From positions 252,802 through 316,801 of IMG/VR virus record IMGVR_UViG_3300040801_002079: 64,000 nt of DNA; one strand, given 5' to 3'. Below, piece by piece: positions 63,101-64,000 of this stretch; within the stretch, counting starts at the first letter, position 1; each line of letters starts with the position of its first letter. The notes under the pieces were generated by a model, which did not search any database, was not told the DNA's origin, and worked only from the letters and a program-made list of their open reading frames with translations. The position numbers and the translations under genes are program-made.

Positions 63101-63918
63101 TCATTAAAATTCCAAAAATCTCTGTTTTCCACAACCCCGTGCGTTACAATTTTACCAATTCTATCCTTAACAAAGTCTTCTACTGCTATACCAATGCACG
63201 GTCTTTTTGGTTCAAGCTTGGAAGCTAATCCATACTTTTTTGGACCCCTCAAACAAACTCCGTGGAATTTTGGAACGGGTTCAATTGCTCTACCATTAAT
63301 TTGAGTATTTTCAATCTTATATTGGTTATCCATATCGTCCTGAACACTGAAACTTGTTTCAGCCATCATGAACTCGCTTGTGCTAAATTTACCAGACTTT
63401 TTAATGGGAACATTTTCACTAGTAAATAATATGTGACCAGCATTAGAGAATATATTTCTATTGACTTGTGACCCATTTGGGAATATTTCTAAGCTTGCAT
63501 TTTTATGAACCTTACCTGCAAACACCCTAACTACGGTTTTCCATGCCCTTCCGGAGAAGTACTTCATTTTGTTTTCATTAATTAAAAAGAAGTGCTGCCC
63601 TCTGACTGGCTTTGTGGGAAGTGATGTTCCAAATCCACCATCTTTATTAGGATCGACAGTGGTAAAATCGAATGTTCTTTCACCTGTAGTTAAATCTATA
63701 TCCCAGTATAGCCAAGCATCTGAATCTTTAGGGAAAGGCCCATGCCATGCGTTTAATATGCCGTGATCTTCAGTGAAAAGGTAATTACTTTTTCCGTGTG
63801 CAAGTGTTATGATGGTTGGTGAATCTTCTACGTTAATATCCACTCCGGTATTGGTCAATACCAGAAATGGTCTCGTATCTTGCTGTCGGTAAATACCCTG
63901 TCGAAATTCAATTAACAT
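54145..63918 (-). CDS. Giant tail fibre / adhesin, 3257 aa: N-terminal anchor, Thr-Pro linker, LamG-like, ~25 propeller repeats, SPRY-like, LamG-like, C-terminal MAM-like
   Basis: F..DGTKLY...Y.LSTPWD.STASY repeats; SGKHYAE..GIAVDID (SPRY); PTHYWRMD..LFIDG (LamG); GVGPT..GYVYTESS..IDTITI (MAM); TATAAATA at 63939-46. Confidence 0.75.
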   Translation of the reverse strand: MLIEFRQGIYRQQDTRPFLVLTNTGVDINVEDSPTIITLAHGKSNYLFTEDHGILNAWHGPFPKDSDAWLYWDIDLTTGERTFDFTTVDPNKDGGFGTSLPTKPVRGQHFFLINENKMKYFSGRAWKTVVRVFAGKVHKNASLEIFPNGSQVNRNIFSNAGHILFTSENVPIKKSGKFSTSEFMMAETSFSVQDDMDNQYKIENTQINGRAIEPVPKFHGVCLRGPKKYGLASKLEPKRPCIGIAVEDFVKDRIGKIVTHGVVENRDFWNFNEPYGTSVWLDDNGKITTAVPQNTALQKIGYVINPFTIFVDIERVITLIEVDDECFIPSPTPTPTLTMTPTMTTTPPATPSASVTPTVTPTFTPTQTATVTPTVTMTVTPTITPTPSAIAAAPKTYHEWKMSEDIGTAIYDTGTNPTPVNSEEIYVSSSYPNKEVRTFVQDAEGTSSASYVFQGAKELTLDANVTVDGGEFGYGFWFYPESVVGAGAETYYPILDSVFSYNPNNKSIVFQRQETLYNSIPWREWTHIFATSEVASYPATPTSFSKTSSGTGYEIGDIVYITDNAITPTQIEITNVSSTGLVYTYNVLEYGSFSSLPDTYWPPLVSGGSGTGLRFTPTFDKVIKIYLNGVLALTSHINPSLTSTSIGDFGWIDNNLKYFISHIRFYNQYTLDASEILDLYNSYTVVERPSDYNNVQKIFPEHPFRRNEKSVNLETRASQYITSTWLSPDDTKMFFYSADTDAVYRADMRVADDLSTLEMHNNTIKGNLQAPERYLATDTSTSTYVDITKWGYRFSDDGSKLYYTNELQYTNSAYLVEVECETPWDINSVNTSTQKSLRITDSLIPSSATSAMGVSSHLPIKPQFNDDGSKVFLLDTDSYRLIEYTCSTPYDINTMQYSAHGPALIGGVNVDSFKIKPDGTKYWICNSDSGYISEYLCPSPWDISGSYYNADTFFPDEISAADEVGYMGFSADGTKLYIKNNYTDNIFQYTCSTAFDVTTASYDDKMFNPIYNIIDCFVFKPDGTKLYVFDGSGDRLRQYSVATPWDISTATYDYVSFSTADQIGYSFYSFDISSDGTKFFLRASSYVYHYTLTTPWDISTTVYDNIRSDTMSEWTIRVSDDGTYVYAGSNSTDTLVKYNLSTPWDLRTASLHDNYVDFNDVRYNNNTNIKGMEFSATGDKVFVQTGNAGFREYSLSTPYDLTTAMSNEAFFGSYEHGYSYDATFDSTGNYVYTVARVPNDAIIQWACSSPYEIKPDSLTYVDMFDVSNETTNPLSVHFKPDGTKMFVFTNSEDTVYAYTLSTPWDVSTASYDNVSFYTGTQDTSPQDINFSPDGLTMVVHGGASAFQYDLSVAWDVSTAVYSNNSQVMSYGLGLHFNPDGTEAFELDTFYIYHYTFSTPWDLSTGTSNGIVLDYRDWFRENPHGIHINDAGTEVLLAYGTSSSYTLLYKITLSTPWDFSTASFEKYNITMYELTGGNSDSSFTGLSFNADGTKLYTSYVSSEYVYEVDLSTPWLLSSASYSGNRLSVSAQGQNTYGPWWNDDGTKMYTFSSDNENMSQYTASTPWDVTTATYDSVSLDVSAISSALSTSFYFKPDGTKLYLAESTNGYYFRSYTLPTPWDLTGATLDSDLYDYSADNPIYPLVIHFSPDGSNCYYFGGSNRGLQYDISSAWSFDSFDLGAEVFDHSAFEDDLNGFYWNDDQSRFFISGDSGAVFQYEAGTPGDIRTLTFTGNYTNLSGNTPYLGLDINSSGDTLYTFEGNSLLKYNISPAWDINGISLDSTSSTVSSLTVKDFAGVSSDESKIYVTYDGYDSSVYYNNARNTLLQGDLTTPGDVSTMFLTDGCFFFTEGGSAINISLSASGDKMYLLDTAADIYEYDLTTPWDLRTATYNSVTYDFTAQSSGSGGFYIKPDGTKLYYAGIGNDTIYQYTLSTPWELSTISYDSKSYVSGTLGEYINTSDDFSSLSFSPDGTKLFTIREAEGGIVMQYTLSTPWEIDTISQASDAIELYSRINPSAWNSSGTKIYGAGGYTASNYYSGIMFQLDVQTPWSTEGDQNIGQTFMVDGDEFAISSEGSVYAAYVNENSYEKLLVMKKDVSDNWTTYFYGDTLGSSPIVMSNNGQYIFTYESLGTTFSPLPHKIHVYEDQLDGTYLKIDEMELSVKPSNRRARGITCSDDGSVVVADNEIFRQNGSVWNLDEALVVEDAMSSYATESVEQHFYVVPDGSRIIMTSGTFNMHDNVEVQAPRVWKYNVGNTTWEYEGSLDLTHPELLKSTIYDDFGAYKTSNGTYIGKTPWNNTSYCGASSDGSTIVLNYASRQTIRDDTFSYFASGAIVFKETTPGNWEFVQRIRISHPVLEFDVDESDDTFVAMSRDGNRIVTSQMFQNFTQSGTHGKLDIFDWDDTDQEYKFIKYIEPIQSYMSDLFGANFVLSDDGRYIFTIGSGFIEDDVPKYSMDFDEGYNFDAHMLYRFDCGLPGSQPEYTFKSPRYANWVTDINQAYATPVYTQSPYTHYFTPNDFRGYARQAMLAQVSTTPDYEYSSHIGHNSGKHYAELFFNIAKSDVETPGFRVGVSYVDYTLPYGLLAVENSLTYLGESEFHYMYDSRGELYTNGISTPTSDAPLTGTLGIAVDIDNRGMWISINGNWIQGDPSTGTDPLFTLTDVSALDMSDYIYIVTGEYSGTGVGPRQTRTIFRTNAAEFKYTPPTGFTGWDTTVSSREYDYPYLVKYDNPTHYWRMDSDDVISDQIGSNDLIAAGTSKPKHSLDFGFHKVGSLGCFGSNGSITLTNPITRTITEEFTLSAMVYLRPNTFDLSMKHPIFSSEFGDGGDEFEVYAEGDGIGQDVTFGIRTKFETNDITYTNFTSPGIDITMGYYRWFNITVMHEGDGIISLFIDGVDADRNKYVTSGYTSFRFALNPSSGEPEADFRLKYIGTDPNGGLLNGYITEVVYHDKALNETYDRNYQYSTSQVNIPQYYKIIHLAQLGGWNHDDSTFGMDYDWSGPALADECNTIMLYRTPADPVDILSDHDTITITDYDSKVTPIFHIVNSDHDELTITNYDSLVGPPVEDVYGPYSFPSSTTGDVTEFTWTDPLGTTATPGGANRRWKWDSNDTASSGVGPTSGQGGSPEGYVYTESSSPTVGGDEFFMEFNTTLDSTQYSDFYIEFYTNQRGNDNNATCQVQLNEGGAGWVDVGPEFGGPSDPDKVVTGGAQIWSYRNVDLSSANHVNTRVRIKVTLGTTGTIWNNDYGIDTITITGLAPR
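57770..61750 (-). repeat. About 25 tandem ~50-aa beta-propeller-blade repeats
   Basis: Counted STPWD-like motifs in the translation; diverged at the DNA level. Confidence 0.85.
62755..62937 (-). repeat. Coding Thr-Pro repeat, about 60 aa
   Basis: PSPTPTPTLTMTPTMTTTPPATPSASVTPTVTPTFTPTQTATVTPTVTMTVTPTITPTPS. Confidence 0.95.
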
Positions 63919-64000
63919 CTACTATTAGCCTTTTTTAGTATTTATAACAAAATACAAATTTGGATATAGGCTACTGGTGTTGGTTCTTAAGAGCTTAACA

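Noticed and set aside
54145-63918. Diversity-generating retroelement target
   Set aside because: No reverse transcriptase and no adenine-variant template/variable repeat pair visible in the window
1-64000. Stop-codon reassignment as in some jumbo phages
   Set aside because: Genes are full length under code 11, and TAA, TAG and TGA all end genes at sensible boundaries

Overview
An AT-rich 64-kb segment of a large T4-superfamily (jumbo-type) myovirus; no host genes, tRNAs, rRNAs or CRISPR arrays are evident. From left to right it holds the 3' end of a gp55-like late sigma factor, the gp46/gp47 recombination nuclease, a DinG-like helicase, a ~610-bp highly structured intergenic region, a RuvC-like resolvase, and a baseplate/tail module (gp26-, gp53-, hub, gp5-, gp25-, gp6-, gp15-, gp18-, gp19- and gp4-like genes plus a 3404-aa virion protein). 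Next come a replication block (DsbA-like protein, family B polymerase, clamp, RNase H/FEN), a five-gene glycan-building operon, thyA and a 3257-aa adhesin-like fibre. About 20 intergenic NATAAATA late-promoter boxes match the gp55 sigma. Main finds: (1) a late-promoter-linked operon (GT60 polypeptide GlcNAc-transferase, carbamoyltransferase, HtrL/WlaTC- and GT2-like transferases, sulfotransferase) together with mucin-like Thr-Pro tracts on both giant virion proteins, suggesting a phage-encoded O-glycosylation and glycan-decoration system for the virion; (2) two canonical -1 ribosomal frameshift cassettes missed by the ORF track, one extending the gp26-like chaperone in G/GT fashion and one adding a Cys-repeat domain to a small membrane protein; (3) a candidate large structured ncRNA and/or origin at about 5230-5785. 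All calls come from motif recognition by eye; no searches or folding programs were run.
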